A stretch of DNA of 64,000 nucleotides from an uncultured Actinomycetota bacterium (GTDB lineage: Bacteria > Actinomycetota > Actinomycetes > CAVWCF01), in NCBI GenBank assembly GCA_963753435.1, contig CAVWCF010000002.1, forward strand, positions 64,001-128,000, read 5' to 3'. Position 1 is the first letter of the stretch; the number at the start of each line of letters is the position of its first letter. The notes under the pieces are model-generated. The model searched no databases and had not been told where the DNA came from. It worked only from the letters and a program-made list of their open reading frames with translations. Shown piece after piece: positions 1 through 9,837 of this stretch. The translations under genes and the position numbers were made by a program.

Positions 1-425
1 CGCAGGGACGACATGACCGAATCCGGCACGTCGCGGTCCTCGAAGGGCCACCGGTTGGTGTGCCGCATCGGGATTGCATCCAGCATTGCGCCCACCATGC
101 CGTGACGGCTGCGACCCGGAACCACCCGGACCAGCGCCAGCAGGTCAGGGTCGGCGGGCTCGGGCAGCAGGTGCATGTCGGAGTGGTAGCCGAGGTGCTC
201 GATGGCCACCCGCAGGTTCAGCAGGGCGGCTCCGCAGGAGATGAGGAGGTTGCGGCCCGTCGGGTCGACGTGGGTCAGCTGGCGACTCCGGTCGGCCCGG
301 ACCTCGATGGTCCCGTCGCTGAAGTGAAACGTCCACGGCTGGGTGTTGTGGATGCTGGGGGCAGCGGTAGCCGCAGCGAGGAGAACCTCTTGCTCAGTCG
401 GGCTCATCGCCACAGCGGTCATCAT
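1..425 (-). CDS. Acg-family FMN-binding nitroreductase (N-terminal part, runs off window)
   Basis: Manual translation MMTAVAMSPTEQEVLLAAATAAPSIHNTQPWTFHF...DPTGRNLLISCGAALLNLRVA; APSxHNxQPW and ISCGAAL motifs are typical of the Acg family; lies downstream of a USP gene. Confidence 0.85.
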   Translation of the reverse strand, partial: MMTAVAMSPTEQEVLLAAATAAPSIHNTQPWTFHFSDGTIEVRADRSRQLTHVDPTGRNLLISCGAALLNLRVAIEHLGYHSDMHLLPEPADPDLLALVRVVPGRSRHGMVGAMLDAIPMRHTNRWPFEDRDVPDSVMSSL

Positions 426-437
426 GGCAGCAACTCG

Positions 438-1322
438 CTACTTCGCCGTCCGAACGACCGCGACTGGGCAGTAAGCGTGGTGCAGTACCGCGTGGCTGGT
501 GGACCCGAGCAGTAGCGCGCGGAAGCCACCTCGACCGCGGCTGCCGACCACAAGCAGCAAGGCGCCGGCGGATGCGGTCACCAATGCCGGCGCTGGACTT
601 CCGTGCATCACGTACTGGCGCACGTCCACGTCCGGGAACCGCTCGCGGAATCCCCCCAACGACTCCGCGAGCACGCGCAGTTCCTCGTCGGTGACTTCGT
701 CAGAGGAGAAGCTGATCGGCGCTCCCACACCCGGCGCGTCCAGGCTGGGCGAGTTCCAGGCATGTACTGCGGTGAGTCCGACTTGGCGGAATGACGCCTC
801 GGAGAAGGCGAACTCAAGCGCTTCGGCCGAGTTTGGACCCTCCACGCCCACGACCACCCGCCCGGCTTCGGGACCGCCGGGTACCGGGGCGTGCGGGCGG
901 ATCACGACAACTGGACATGCGGCGTGCGTGGCCACCTGGACGCTCGTGGACCCCAGCAGCAACTCGGTGAAGCCGCCGAGACCGCGAGAACCCAGCACTG
1001 CAAGAGATGCGTTCTCGGCCTCGGTCAGCAGCGTGTGCGCTGGGGGACCGGCCACGACTCTGGTGGTGACCTCGATTCCGGCTTCGCTAACTCGCTGCTC
1101 GGCCGCTTCAGCCAGCCGACGTGCGGCCTCCTCGAATGGTGTTGCGTCCGTGGGAGGTACGGCCCCGCTCACCGGGGACGGCGGGATCGGCACGCTCCAC
1201 GCGTGCACCAGGACGATGCCCTCGTGGTGCGCGCGCGCGCTGCCGATGGCCCATTCAAGTGCTGCGTTCGAAACGTCGGAGCCATCGATTCCGACGATGA
1301 CTGGCTTGCCGGTGCTGGTCAC
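438..1322 (-). CDS. Tandem-domain universal stress protein
   Basis: Two USP domains (VIVGIDGS...GSRGLGGFTELLLGSTS; VVVGVEG...GSRGRGGFRALLLGSTS); GTG start at 1322 with GGAGG upstream. Confidence 0.93.
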   Translation of the reverse strand: MTSTGKPVIVGIDGSDVSNAALEWAIGSARAHHEGIVLVHAWSVPIPPSPVSGAVPPTDATPFEEAARRLAEAAEQRVSEAGIEVTTRVVAGPPAHTLLTEAENASLAVLGSRGLGGFTELLLGSTSVQVATHAACPVVVIRPHAPVPGGPEAGRVVVGVEGPNSAEALEFAFSEASFRQVGLTAVHAWNSPSLDAPGVGAPISFSSDEVTDEELRVLAESLGGFRERFPDVDVRQYVMHGSPAPALVTASAGALLLVVGSRGRGGFRALLLGSTSHAVLHHAYCPVAVVRTAK

Positions 1323-1380
1323 CAAGGCCTCCTGGAGGACAATCGCCTTCAGGGTGCGACACCGGGGTGGGGGCAAGGCA

Positions 1381-1394
1381 GGGCCGATGGTCCC
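1381..1394. promoter_or_regulatory. DosR/DevR-like box upstream of USP-Acg operon
   Basis: GGGCCGATGGTCCC (minus strand GGGACCATCGGCCC) resembles the GGGAC-N4-GTCCC core; ~25 nt upstream of a CACCCT -10; USP and Acg genes are classic DosR targets. Confidence 0.6.
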
Positions 1395-1406
1395 GGTGTC
1401 GGACAG

Positions 1407-1480
1407 CCCCTCGTAGCTCAGTTGGATAGAGCAGCGGACTTCTAATCCGCCGGTCGCAGGTTCGAATCCTGCCGAGGGGA
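1407..1480 (+). tRNA. tRNA-Arg(TCT)
   Basis: Acceptor stem CCCCTCG/CGAGGGG, D-arm GCTC..GAGC, anticodon arm GCGGA-CTTCTAA-TCCGC, T-loop TTCGAAT. Confidence 0.96.
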
Positions 1481-1573
1481 CCCGTAGCCGGTTCAGCAGC
1501 GCGGCCGGTTCAGCGTCGTCGGACGGTCTTGGGGAATACCCGGATCGGCCCGGGGGCTGACACCCTCGTGGAC

Positions 1574-2962
1574 ATGGCAGCGGACGAATCCAGCTACGAC
1601 CTGGTCATCCTTGGTGGCGGTTCCGCCGGTGAGACGGCGGCGGCCCGCGTCGCCCAGGCGGGCAAACGGGTGGCGCTGATCGAGTCTCGGCTAGTCGGCG
1701 GGGAGTGCCCCTACTGGGGCTGCGTGCCGAGCAAAGCCCTCCTCATCGCCGCCGCCCGGCGCTCGGCCGCGCTACGAGCGCACGACCTTGGGGCGGTCTC
1801 CGGGCCCGTGAAGTTGGACGACCCCCGACTTGCGTGGCCGGCGGCTCTGGCGATGCGGGACCTGCGCGCCGAGCATCTGGACGACACCGATGCCGCCGCG
1901 CGCCTTCGCAACGACGGAGTCGAGATAGTGCGCGACACCGGCCGAGTGCTCGGACCGGGTCGGGTCGCCGCAGGTGAGCGCGAGCTGAGGTATCGCAACC
2001 TGCTCATCAGTACCGGCGCTGAGGCGGCTCTGCCACCCATCGACGGGCTTGCCGAAGCGGAGCCGTGGACCAGTGAGGATGCGCTGACGTCGACGGAACT
2101 CCCGGACCGTCTGGTGATCCTTGGCGGCGGCGCGATCGGTTGTGAGTTGTCCCAGGTCTACGCGACGTTCGGGTCAGACGTGGTTGTGGTGGAGGCACTG
2201 GATCGGGTGTTGGTGGGGGAGGAGCCCGCGGTAAGCGCGGCGGCAGCCGATGTGTTGCGCCGCAGCGGCGTGCGGATCTCAACTGGAACGGCGGTCGAGC
2301 GGGTCAGCCGGGAGGGCGACCAGACGCTGGTGCACCTTGCGGACGGACAAGTGTTGGCGGCCGACCGGCTATTGGTGGCGACCGGCCGGCGGCCGCGTGT
2401 TCGCGACCTGGGCCTGGAGACCCTGGGGATCGACACCGACGCCGGCCGATTGGAGATCGGCGACGACGCTCGGGTCGTTGGCCAATCCAACGTTTACGCC
2501 GCCGGTGACGTGATCGGGAGGCTGCAGTTCACGCACACCGCCAACTACGCGGGCCGGGTTGTCGCGGCCAATGTGCTCGGTGGGGATGCACGGCTGGACT
2601 TCAGCGCCATCCCCCGTGGGGTCTACATCGATCCGCCGGTTGCCGGTGTCGGGATGTCCATGCAGCAGGCGAAGACCGCCGACCGTTCCGTCGTTAGCGC
2701 AACGGTGCAGGTCGGCGACACCGCCCGAGCCTGGTTGGAGGCCGAAGGCGGCGTGCTGGTTCTGGTGGCCGACGCGCACGACGGAGTCCTCGTGGGCGCC
2801 TCCGCCCTGGGTCCGCGCGCCGACGAGTGGATTGCGCAGGTGACCCTGGCGATCCGCGCCCGGATCCCGTTGCGCACCCTGGTCGACACCGTGCAGCCGT
2901 TCCCGGCGGTATCGGAGATTCTGTTCCCCGCGTACGAGCAACTCCTCGCGAAGGTCTCCTGA
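1574..2962 (+). CDS. Pyridine nucleotide-disulfide oxidoreductase (LpdA/MerA-like)
   Basis: GGGSAG FAD motif, GGECPYWGCVPSK redox disulfide, GGGAIG NAD motif, YAAGD; ATG 1574 chosen over TTG 1529 because a CACCCT -10 lies just upstream. Confidence 0.9.
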   Translation: MAADESSYDLVILGGGSAGETAAARVAQAGKRVALIESRLVGGECPYWGCVPSKALLIAAARRSAALRAHDLGAVSGPVKLDDPRLAWPAALAMRDLRAEHLDDTDAAARLRNDGVEIVRDTGRVLGPGRVAAGERELRYRNLLISTGAEAALPPIDGLAEAEPWTSEDALTSTELPDRLVILGGGAIGCELSQVYATFGSDVVVVEALDRVLVGEEPAVSAAAADVLRRSGVRISTGTAVERVSREGDQTLVHLADGQVLAADRLLVATGRRPRVRDLGLETLGIDTDAGRLEIGDDARVVGQSNVYAAGDVIGRLQFTHTANYAGRVVAANVLGGDARLDFSAIPRGVYIDPPVAGVGMSMQQAKTADRSVVSATVQVGDTARAWLEAEGGVLVLVADAHDGVLVGASALGPRADEWIAQVTLAIRARIPLRTLVDTVQPFPAVSEILFPAYEQLLAKVS

Positions 2963-3001
2963 CCGGCCGGCGGCATCACCGGCCTGGCGGTCGCCGGCCG
3001 G
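2963..3001 (+). terminator. GC-rich hairpin after oxidoreductase
   Basis: CCGGCCGGCG...CGCCGGCCGG inverted repeat directly after the stop; no U-tract. Confidence 0.4.
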
Positions 3002-3025
3002 CAGCGGCGCTCTTAGGCTGGGCCC

Positions 3026-4357
3026 ATGTCTGAGCGGGAGCCGCAGCCGAACCCGGCCGGGGAGGGCCCGGAGTCGGCCGCGACCAACCCGCCGCCGGAC
3101 GAGTCGGCCTATCCGCCCCCGCAGTACCCGCCCCAGGCGTACCAGTACCCACCGCCGCAAAACCCGGCCCCGGCCTACCAGTACCCACCGCCGCAGTACC
3201 CGCCCCAGGCGTACCAGTACCCACCGCCGCAGTACTCCGGCTATGCGCAGTACCCACCGCCGCAGTACCCGCCCCAGGCGTACCAGTACCCACCCCAGCA
3301 ATACCCAGGTCCGTACTATCCGTACCCGCAGCAGTACCCCGGCTACGTGCAATACCCGCCTTACCCGGCACCGAAGCCGGACGGACCGGGCGTGGCCCTG
3401 GCGAAGCATCCGCACATCGAGCCCCGGGAACACCACCGGCTGTTGCGCACCGCGCGGGCGCGCGCGTGGATGCCAATAGTTGGCACCGTCTTCTTCATCG
3501 TGGCCTACGTCTTCTCCGCGGCCGTGCTGTCCTTGCCGTTCATCTTCGGTGCTCTGGGCGCCGGATACGACGACGGCCTGTTCCCCTTCGACTCGCCGAT
3601 CTTCCTGCTCTTCAACAACCTCTTGCTGGCGGTGCTGATCCCGATATCGATGCTGACCGTCTGGTTGGTGCATCGAGAACGACCCGGGTGGCTGTCCAGC
3701 GTCGCTCGCCGGTTCCGATGGCGGCTCGTGTGGCCGTTCGTCGGGCTGGCGCTGGCAGCACAGTTCGTCACCTACCTGGTCACCGCGGTGTTCGCCGATC
3801 TGGATGAAGTGACGCAGCCGTTGCCGCAGACCCCGGACGTGGGCACGGTGCTCGCGTTCTTGGTGATCATCTTCCTGACCACGCCGCTGCAAGCAGCGGC
3901 AGAGGAGTACGCGTTCCGCGGCTATCTGAGTCAGGCGATCGGCTACTTCGCGAAGTCCTGGGTCATCCCCGCGGTCATCACCGGTCTACTTTTCGCAGCC
4001 GCGCACGGCAGCCAGGATCTGGCGGCGTTCGTCGACCGCTTCGCCTTCGGCATGTTGGCTTCCTACGTCACCTGGCGCTCTGGTGGACTCGAAGCTGCAT
4101 CGGTCTACCACGCCGCCAACAACGTCGTGATCCTCGCGCTGGGCGCCTTCGTCGGTAACCCGCTTCCGGACCCGGGTGTGCAGACTTCAATTCCCTGGTC
4201 GCTAGTGGTGTTCGACATCTTGGGCATGGTCGTCTTCGGGTTGCTCACCCACTGGTACGTGCGCCGTGCCGGCCTGCAGCGAACGAGCGTCACGCTGGCG
4301 GCGCCCGCCCCGCCGGTGCCGCCGACGGCTCCACCTGCGGCGGTCCCGACCGGATGA
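3026..4357 (+). CDS. CPBP (CAAX/Abi) family intramembrane metalloprotease with Pro/Tyr/Gln-rich N-terminus
   Basis: AAEEYAFRG, FAAAH and H-AANN motifs; multiple TM helices. Confidence 0.9.
   Translation: MSEREPQPNPAGEGPESAATNPPPDESAYPPPQYPPQAYQYPPPQNPAPAYQYPPPQYPPQAYQYPPPQYSGYAQYPPPQYPPQAYQYPPQQYPGPYYPYPQQYPGYVQYPPYPAPKPDGPGVALAKHPHIEPREHHRLLRTARARAWMPIVGTVFFIVAYVFSAAVLSLPFIFGALGAGYDDGLFPFDSPIFLLFNNLLLAVLIPISMLTVWLVHRERPGWLSSVARRFRWRLVWPFVGLALAAQFVTYLVTAVFADLDEVTQPLPQTPDVGTVLAFLVIIFLTTPLQAAAEEYAFRGYLSQAIGYFAKSWVIPAVITGLLFAAAHGSQDLAAFVDRFAFGMLASYVTWRSGGLEAASVYHAANNVVILALGAFVGNPLPDPGVQTSIPWSLVVFDILGMVVFGLLTHWYVRRAGLQRTSVTLAAPAPPVPPTAPPAAVPTG
3110..3310 (+). repeat. Intragenic imperfect repeats encoding QYPPPQYPPQAY
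   Basis: Recurrent cagtacccgccccaggcgtaccagtacccaccgccg units. Confidence 0.8.
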
Positions 4358-5232
4358 CCGCGGCCACAGCGGGACTGCGGTTCGCGGTTCCGCTGCGCCC
4401 CACCGTCGGCACTCGCCCCATCGACGAGCCGGACTGGCTCATCGTCGACGGCGAGCGCCCTGCCCTGCTCGCCGCCAAGCAAAGGCTCTTGGTGGAGCAC
4501 CACCGCGAGGTTGTCCGACTGGACGATCTCCCCGAGCAGCTCGGCAGCGAGGTAGCCGAGATGGTTCTGGACAACTACGCACGGCACCACCCCGGTGTGC
4601 TCACCCGGTCCGGTGAGCTGATCACCGATACCGGATCGGGGCTGGTCGTCGACCTCGACGCGGAGCACCCACTGCTCGGCGTCAGTCGAGTTCTCGCCGA
4701 GGACCTGTGCGTCATGGTCAACCGGGACGGGGAATGGGTGCTGGCTGGCGCGTGCGTCTGCTTCCCCAGCCGGTGGAGCCTCGCTGAGAAGGTCGGCCGT
4801 TCGTTGGACGGCATCCACGACGTGGTCCCCGGCTACGCCGGGCCGGTGGCCGTGGCCTCGCAGCGCGTGTTCGATCGGCTAGCCGACGGCATCCTGCTGC
4901 GATTCAACTGGACTCTGCTGGACGACCCGGAGTTGTTTCAGCCGCGACCGCCCAAGAGGCCGGCCGCCGTCGGCCCGGAAGACCTGTACCTGCGGGTTGA
5001 GCGGCAGACGCTTCGGCGGCTGCCTGGCTCCGGTGCCGTGCTCTTCACCATCCACACCTCGGTGGAGTCGTTGTGGCAGGTGGCGCAACGCCCCGAGCAG
5101 GCGGGGAACTTGGCCGCTTCGCTGCGCAGCAGCACGCCCGCCACCCGGGCCTACAAGGGTTGGGCGGAGCTGATCGAGGCGTCGGCACAGTTCCTCGAGG
5201 AACGCGCCGCAGGCGGTGCTTCCCGACTGTAG
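4354..5232 (+). CDS. DUF3445 / heme-dependent oxidative N-demethylase alpha-subunit-like protein
   Basis: EDLCVM, CFPSRWSLAEKVG, IHDVVPG, RFNW and RVERQTLRRLP.SGAVLFTI motifs. Confidence 0.85.
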   Translation: MTAATAGLRFAVPLRPTVGTRPIDEPDWLIVDGERPALLAAKQRLLVEHHREVVRLDDLPEQLGSEVAEMVLDNYARHHPGVLTRSGELITDTGSGLVVDLDAEHPLLGVSRVLAEDLCVMVNRDGEWVLAGACVCFPSRWSLAEKVGRSLDGIHDVVPGYAGPVAVASQRVFDRLADGILLRFNWTLLDDPELFQPRPPKRPAAVGPEDLYLRVERQTLRRLPGSGAVLFTIHTSVESLWQVAQRPEQAGNLAASLRSSTPATRAYKGWAELIEASAQFLEERAAGGASRL

Positions 5233-5318
5233 GTCGGCTGGGGCACAATGTGCTCGGCCCACAGGGTCGGACTTGTTGAGAGCGCTGGGGAAGGCGAAGC
5301 TCGACAAGGAGGACTGAC

Positions 5319-5828
5319 GTGGCCGCTGATACGCGCAAGTCACGAGGCGTCGTGTTCATCCACTCGACGCCCGCTGCACTTTGCCCACATATCGAATGGG
5401 CGATTTCAGCGGTGCTGGACCAGCAGGTCTCCCTGGATTGGACGCCGCAGCCGGCTGAGCCGGGCAGCTTCCGGACCGAGTTCTCCTGGCAAGGCGAGCC
5501 CGGCAAGGGTGCGGAGCTGGCGTCGGCGCTGCGCGGCTGGGGCAAAGTCCGCTACGAGGTCACCGAGGAACAGTCGAACGGACGCGAAGGCGAGCGTTTC
5601 GCCGGGACGCCGTCGCTGGGCATCTTCCACTCCCTGATGGGAACTCATGGCGACATCCTCGTGCCGGAGGACCGGCTCAAGGCCGCAGTGGTGGCGTGCG
5701 CGATCAACGACGTCGACCTGGCCGACGAGATCGCCAGGCTGCTGGGCAAGCCGTGGGACGACGAACTGGAGCCCTTCCGGATGGCCGGTGAGGGCGCGCC
5801 AGTCCGTTGGTTGCACCAGGTGGTGTGA
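5319..5828 (+). CDS. DUF3145 family protein
   Basis: GVVFIHSTPAALCPHIEWA...WDDELEPFR...VRWLH; conserved position convergent on the fab operon. Confidence 0.9.
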   Translation: MAADTRKSRGVVFIHSTPAALCPHIEWAISAVLDQQVSLDWTPQPAEPGSFRTEFSWQGEPGKGAELASALRGWGKVRYEVTEEQSNGREGERFAGTPSLGIFHSLMGTHGDILVPEDRLKAAVVACAINDVDLADEIARLLGKPWDDELEPFRMAGEGAPVRWLHQVV

Positions 5829-5832
5829 CCGC

Positions 5833-7239
5833 CTAGAGGGGGATGTTGCCGTGGGTCCCGCGTAGGTCCGGTGCTTCCGCGATAGCAGCCGCAATCGCCG
5901 AGCGTGTGACGTCCGGGGCGACAACCTCATCCACGAAACCCATTGCCACGGCCTTGTCCAAGCCGCCGGCCAGCAACTCATGCTCCTCGGCCAGTTCTTG
6001 TTCCAACTGCGGGCGAACCTCGGCGGGCGCCTCGGCCAGCCGCCTGCGGTGCAGAACGCGCACCGCCGCGACGGAGCCCATGACGGCCACCTTTGCGCCG
6101 GGCCAGGCAAGCACTCGAGTGGCCCCGAGTGAGCGGGAGTTCATCGCGATGTAGGCGCCGCCGTACGCCTTGCGCGTGACGACGGTGACCCGGGGCACGG
6201 CGCACTCGGCGAAGGCGTGCAGCAACTTGGCGCCTCGGCGCACGACCCCGTCCCATTCCTGGCCGACCCCCGGCAGGTAGCCGGGAACGTCCACCAGGAC
6301 CACCAGCGGTACGCCGAACGCATCGCACATGCGCACGAAGCGGGCGGCCTTCTCCGCGCTGGCGGAGTCCAGACAACCGCCCAGTCGCAGCGGGTTGTTC
6401 GCGACGACGCCGACCGTTCGACCGCCCAGACGGCCCAGAGTGGTCACGATGTTGGGGGCCCACTTCGGGTGCAACTCGACTCCGGTGTCCGGGTCAAGCA
6501 CTCCGGAGACCAACGGGTGCACGTCGTAGGCACGCTTGGCCGACTCCGGCAGGAAGTCGGCCAGCGGCAGATCCGCCGCCCCACCGGGGACACCCTGCTG
6601 GCCGAGCAGCGCGGCCAGCTTTCGGGCCTGCCCGAGCGCCTCCTCATCGGAGTCGGTAACCACGTGCACGACGCCGCTGCGGCGCCCGTGCGGCTCGGGT
6701 CCGCCAAGCCGGAGCATGTCGACGTCCTCGCCGGTGACCGAACGGACCACGTCCGGTCCGGTAACGAACACGCGTCCCTGTGGGCCGAGGATGACGATGT
6801 CGGTCAGCGCCGGACCGTAGGCAGCGCCGCCGGCCGCAGCGCCGAGCACGACCGAGATCTGTGGGATTCGCCCCGACGCCCGCGTCATGATCGCGAACAC
6901 CTCTCCGACCGCGTGCAGGCTGGCGACCCCCTCGCGCAGCCGCGCGCCGCCGGAGTGCCAGAGCCCCACTACCGGGCAACCATCGGCCAGCGCCCGGGCA
7001 TAGGCCGCCAGGATCACCTTGCAGCCGGCTCCACCCATGGCGCCGCCCTGCACCCGCGGATCCGAGGCGAAGGCCACGACTGGGGCACCGTCCACCCGAC
7101 CGGTCGCAGCCAGCATTCCCGAGTCGTCCTCGGGTGTGAGCAGGGTTGCTGAGCCGTCGTCGAAGAACGCCCGCATCCGTACTTTCGGGGAGCGGGGGTC
7201 CACTTCGACGGTGAGGTCGGGGGAGTCGGTCACGGTCAT
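5833..7239 (-). CDS. accD: Acyl-CoA carboxylase carboxyltransferase subunit
   Basis: SGGARLREG, GGAAYGPALTD, DVPGYLPG and KAYGGAYIAM motifs; last gene of fab operon. Confidence 0.93.
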   Translation of the reverse strand: MTVTDSPDLTVEVDPRSPKVRMRAFFDDGSATLLTPEDDSGMLAATGRVDGAPVVAFASDPRVQGGAMGGAGCKVILAAYARALADGCPVVGLWHSGGARLREGVASLHAVGEVFAIMTRASGRIPQISVVLGAAAGGAAYGPALTDIVILGPQGRVFVTGPDVVRSVTGEDVDMLRLGGPEPHGRRSGVVHVVTDSDEEALGQARKLAALLGQQGVPGGAADLPLADFLPESAKRAYDVHPLVSGVLDPDTGVELHPKWAPNIVTTLGRLGGRTVGVVANNPLRLGGCLDSASAEKAARFVRMCDAFGVPLVVLVDVPGYLPGVGQEWDGVVRRGAKLLHAFAECAVPRVTVVTRKAYGGAYIAMNSRSLGATRVLAWPGAKVAVMGSVAAVRVLHRRRLAEAPAEVRPQLEQELAEEHELLAGGLDKAVAMGFVDEVVAPDVTRSAIAAAIAEAPDLRGTHGNIPL

Positions 7240-8486
7240 GCTGCGCTCCTGAAAGCCAGGGTGACGTTGTGTCCACCGAAACCGAATGAGTTGTTGAGCG
7301 CCACCAAGGACCCGGCGCCGAGCGGACGGGGCGTGGTGGCCACGTCGAGGCCGATCGCGTCGTCGAGATCTTCAAGGTTGATCGTCGGCGGGGCGGTGCG
7401 GTGGTGCAGTGCCAGAACTGTGAACACCGACTCCAGGGCGCCTGCGGCCCCGAGCAGGTGACCGGTCATCGACTTGGTGCCGGTCACCACCAGACCGTCG
7501 GCCGCCGGACCCAAGGCAGCGCGCAATGCGACCGCCTCGGCCACGTCCCCAGCCGGGGTCGAGGTGGCGTGGGCGTTCACGTGGTTGACCGCATTGGCTG
7601 GCACTCCGGCGTCGGCGAGAGCCGCGCGCACCGCACGGGCCGCCCCCGAGCCGTCCGGATCCGGTTGGGCGATGTGGTGGGCGTCAGAACTGAGTCCGGC
7701 GCCGATCGCTTCTGCGTAGATGCGCGCACCGCGGGCTTGTGCGTGTTCGGCCGACTCCAGCACGAGGCACGCTGCGCCTTCGGAGAACACGAAGCCGTCG
7801 CGACCCCGGTCGTACGGACGCGAAGCGCGCTCGGGCTCGTCATTGCGCTTGGACAGCGCCATCATGTTGGCGAACGCGGCCAACGGCAATGGGTGCACGC
7901 ACGCCTCCGTGCCGCCCACCATGACGACGTCGGCCCGACCGGACCGGATCATCTGCATACCCATGGCAACGGCTTCGGCGCCGGATGCGCAGGCGCTGAC
8001 GGGCGTGTGCACCCCCGCCTTGGCACCGAGATCCAGACCCACCTGCGCCGCCGCGCCGTTCGGCATCAGCATCGGAATGGTGTGTGGGCTGACCCGACGC
8101 GGACCGTTCTCCCGCAGGTTGTCCCACTGCCCCAGAAGCGTCAGTGCGCCACCGATGCCGGTGGCGATCACCGCGCCCAGGCGCAACGGGTCGACGTCGG
8201 GGCTGCCCGCATCCGTCCACGCCTCCCGGGAACTGATCAGGGCCATCTGCTGGGATCGGTCCAACTTGCGGGCCTCGACGCGTTCCAGCACCGCTGTCGG
8301 ATCGACAGCCACCTGTCCGGCGATTCGGACCGGCAGGTCGGCCGCCCAGGGTTCGGTGATGACGCTGATGCCGCTGCGCCCCTGCAGGAGACCGTCCCAC
8401 GTGGTCTTGGCATCGCCACCGAGGGGGGACGTCGCGCCCACCCCGGTGACGACGACCTTGGGTACGGCGGTCTCCGCGGAGGTCAC
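7236..8486 (-). CDS. fabF: Beta-ketoacyl-ACP synthase II
   Basis: SACASG catalytic Cys, NAHATST, KSMTGHLLGAAG, NSFGFGGHN. Confidence 0.96.
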   Translation of the reverse strand: MTSAETAVPKVVVTGVGATSPLGGDAKTTWDGLLQGRSGISVITEPWAADLPVRIAGQVAVDPTAVLERVEARKLDRSQQMALISSREAWTDAGSPDVDPLRLGAVIATGIGGALTLLGQWDNLRENGPRRVSPHTIPMLMPNGAAAQVGLDLGAKAGVHTPVSACASGAEAVAMGMQMIRSGRADVVMVGGTEACVHPLPLAAFANMMALSKRNDEPERASRPYDRGRDGFVFSEGAACLVLESAEHAQARGARIYAEAIGAGLSSDAHHIAQPDPDGSGAARAVRAALADAGVPANAVNHVNAHATSTPAGDVAEAVALRAALGPAADGLVVTGTKSMTGHLLGAAGALESVFTVLALHHRTAPPTINLEDLDDAIGLDVATTPRPLGAGSLVALNNSFGFGGHNVTLAFRSAA

Positions 8487-8725
8487 GCCAACGCGCCCTT
8501 GATGTAGCTGACGGCGTCGCCCACGGTGGTCAGGTTCTTGACGTCGTCGTCGGGGATCTTCACGCCGAACTTCTCCTCGGCGGCTACCACGACCTCGACC
8601 ATCGACAGCGAGTCAACGTCCAGGTCGTCGACGAAGGCCTTTTCCAGCTGGACGTCCTCGGTCGGCACGCCGGCGATGTCATTCACGATCTCGGCCAGGC
8701 CGCCGAGGATCTCCTGCTCGTTCAT
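8483..8725 (-). CDS. acpP: Acyl carrier protein
   Basis: 80 aa, acidic, DLDVDSLSMVE phosphopantetheine motif. Confidence 0.97.
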   Translation of the reverse strand: MNEQEILGGLAEIVNDIAGVPTEDVQLEKAFVDDLDVDSLSMVEVVVAAEEKFGVKIPDDDVKNLTTVGDAVSYIKGALA

Positions 8726-8838
8726 CCGTTCCCCTTACCTAGGTGTGTTGTTCCCGCCGCTGCGGGGGTCTGTTGGTCGGGCCAGTCTTTCCTAAGTCGA
8801 TGTCCCATTCCGCCTGGGTCCCGTCCGTTCGGTCATCT

Positions 8839-9837
8839 TCAGGGCAGTTGCACTACCTGCGCGGCATACGCCAGCCCGGCACCGAAGCCGATCAGTAGAG
8901 CCAAACCGCCACCGGTGAGCTCGCCGGACTCAAGCATCCGTGACATTGCCAGCGGCACGGAGGCGGCGGAGGTGTTGCCGGTCGTGGTGATGTCCCGGGC
9001 CACGGCGACGGTGTCCGGCACTTCGAGCTTCTTGACCATCGCGTCGATGATTCGCAGGTTCGCCTGGTGTGGGATGAACGCGGTCAGGTCCGACACCGTT
9101 ACTCCGGCGGCGTCCAGCGCCCGTTGTGCCACCGGGGCCATGCTGTAAACGGCCCAGCGGAACACCTGCTGGCCCTCCATGTGCAGGGATGGGAACTCAC
9201 CAGTACCGCGCAGCTCGTCCCAGGACCGGTCCTGGGTGAGGATGTCGGCCTGGTCACCGTCGGCTCCCCAGATGACCGGACCGATTCCCGGTTCGTCAGC
9301 CGGTCCCACGATCGCGGCGCCGGCGCCATCAGCGAACAGGAAAGCGGTCGAGCGGTCCGTCGCATCGATGATGTTTGTGAGCTTCTCGACGCCGATGACG
9401 AGAACGTGCTCGGCGCTGCCGCCGCGGATCATGTCGTTGGCCAGGGCCAGCCCGTGGCAGAAGCCGGCGCACGCGGCGGATATGTCGAACGCGGCCGCGT
9501 CGCGGGCGCCGAGGCGACTTCCGACGAGGGGTGCAGCCGCGGGGGTCTGGTACATGTGGGTGACCGTGGCAACGATGATCGCGTCAATGCGGTCCGCAGT
9601 GATACCCGCGTGTGCCAGGGCCTTCTCGGCGGCCGCGGTACCCATGTCGACGACGGTCTCGTCGGCTGCGGCGAAGCGCCTCTCGACGATGCCCGAGCGC
9701 TCCCGAATCCACTCATCGGAGGAGTCGATGTGCTCGCAGATCTCGGCGTTCGTAACTACGCGTGCCGGTCGGTAGTCCCCGACGCCGAGGATGCGGGCCC
9801 CGCGGGCACCCGGCTTGCCGGCGGCGATCCTCGTCAC
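8839..9837 (-). CDS. fabH: Beta-ketoacyl-ACP synthase III
   Basis: DISAACAGF, PHQANLRII, GNTSAASVP, GFGAGL. Confidence 0.96.
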   Translation of the reverse strand: MTRIAAGKPGARGARILGVGDYRPARVVTNAEICEHIDSSDEWIRERSGIVERRFAAADETVVDMGTAAAEKALAHAGITADRIDAIIVATVTHMYQTPAAAPLVGSRLGARDAAAFDISAACAGFCHGLALANDMIRGGSAEHVLVIGVEKLTNIIDATDRSTAFLFADGAGAAIVGPADEPGIGPVIWGADGDQADILTQDRSWDELRGTGEFPSLHMEGQQVFRWAVYSMAPVAQRALDAAGVTVSDLTAFIPHQANLRIIDAMVKKLEVPDTVAVARDITTTGNTSAASVPLAMSRMLESGELTGGGLALLIGFGAGLAYAAQVVQLP

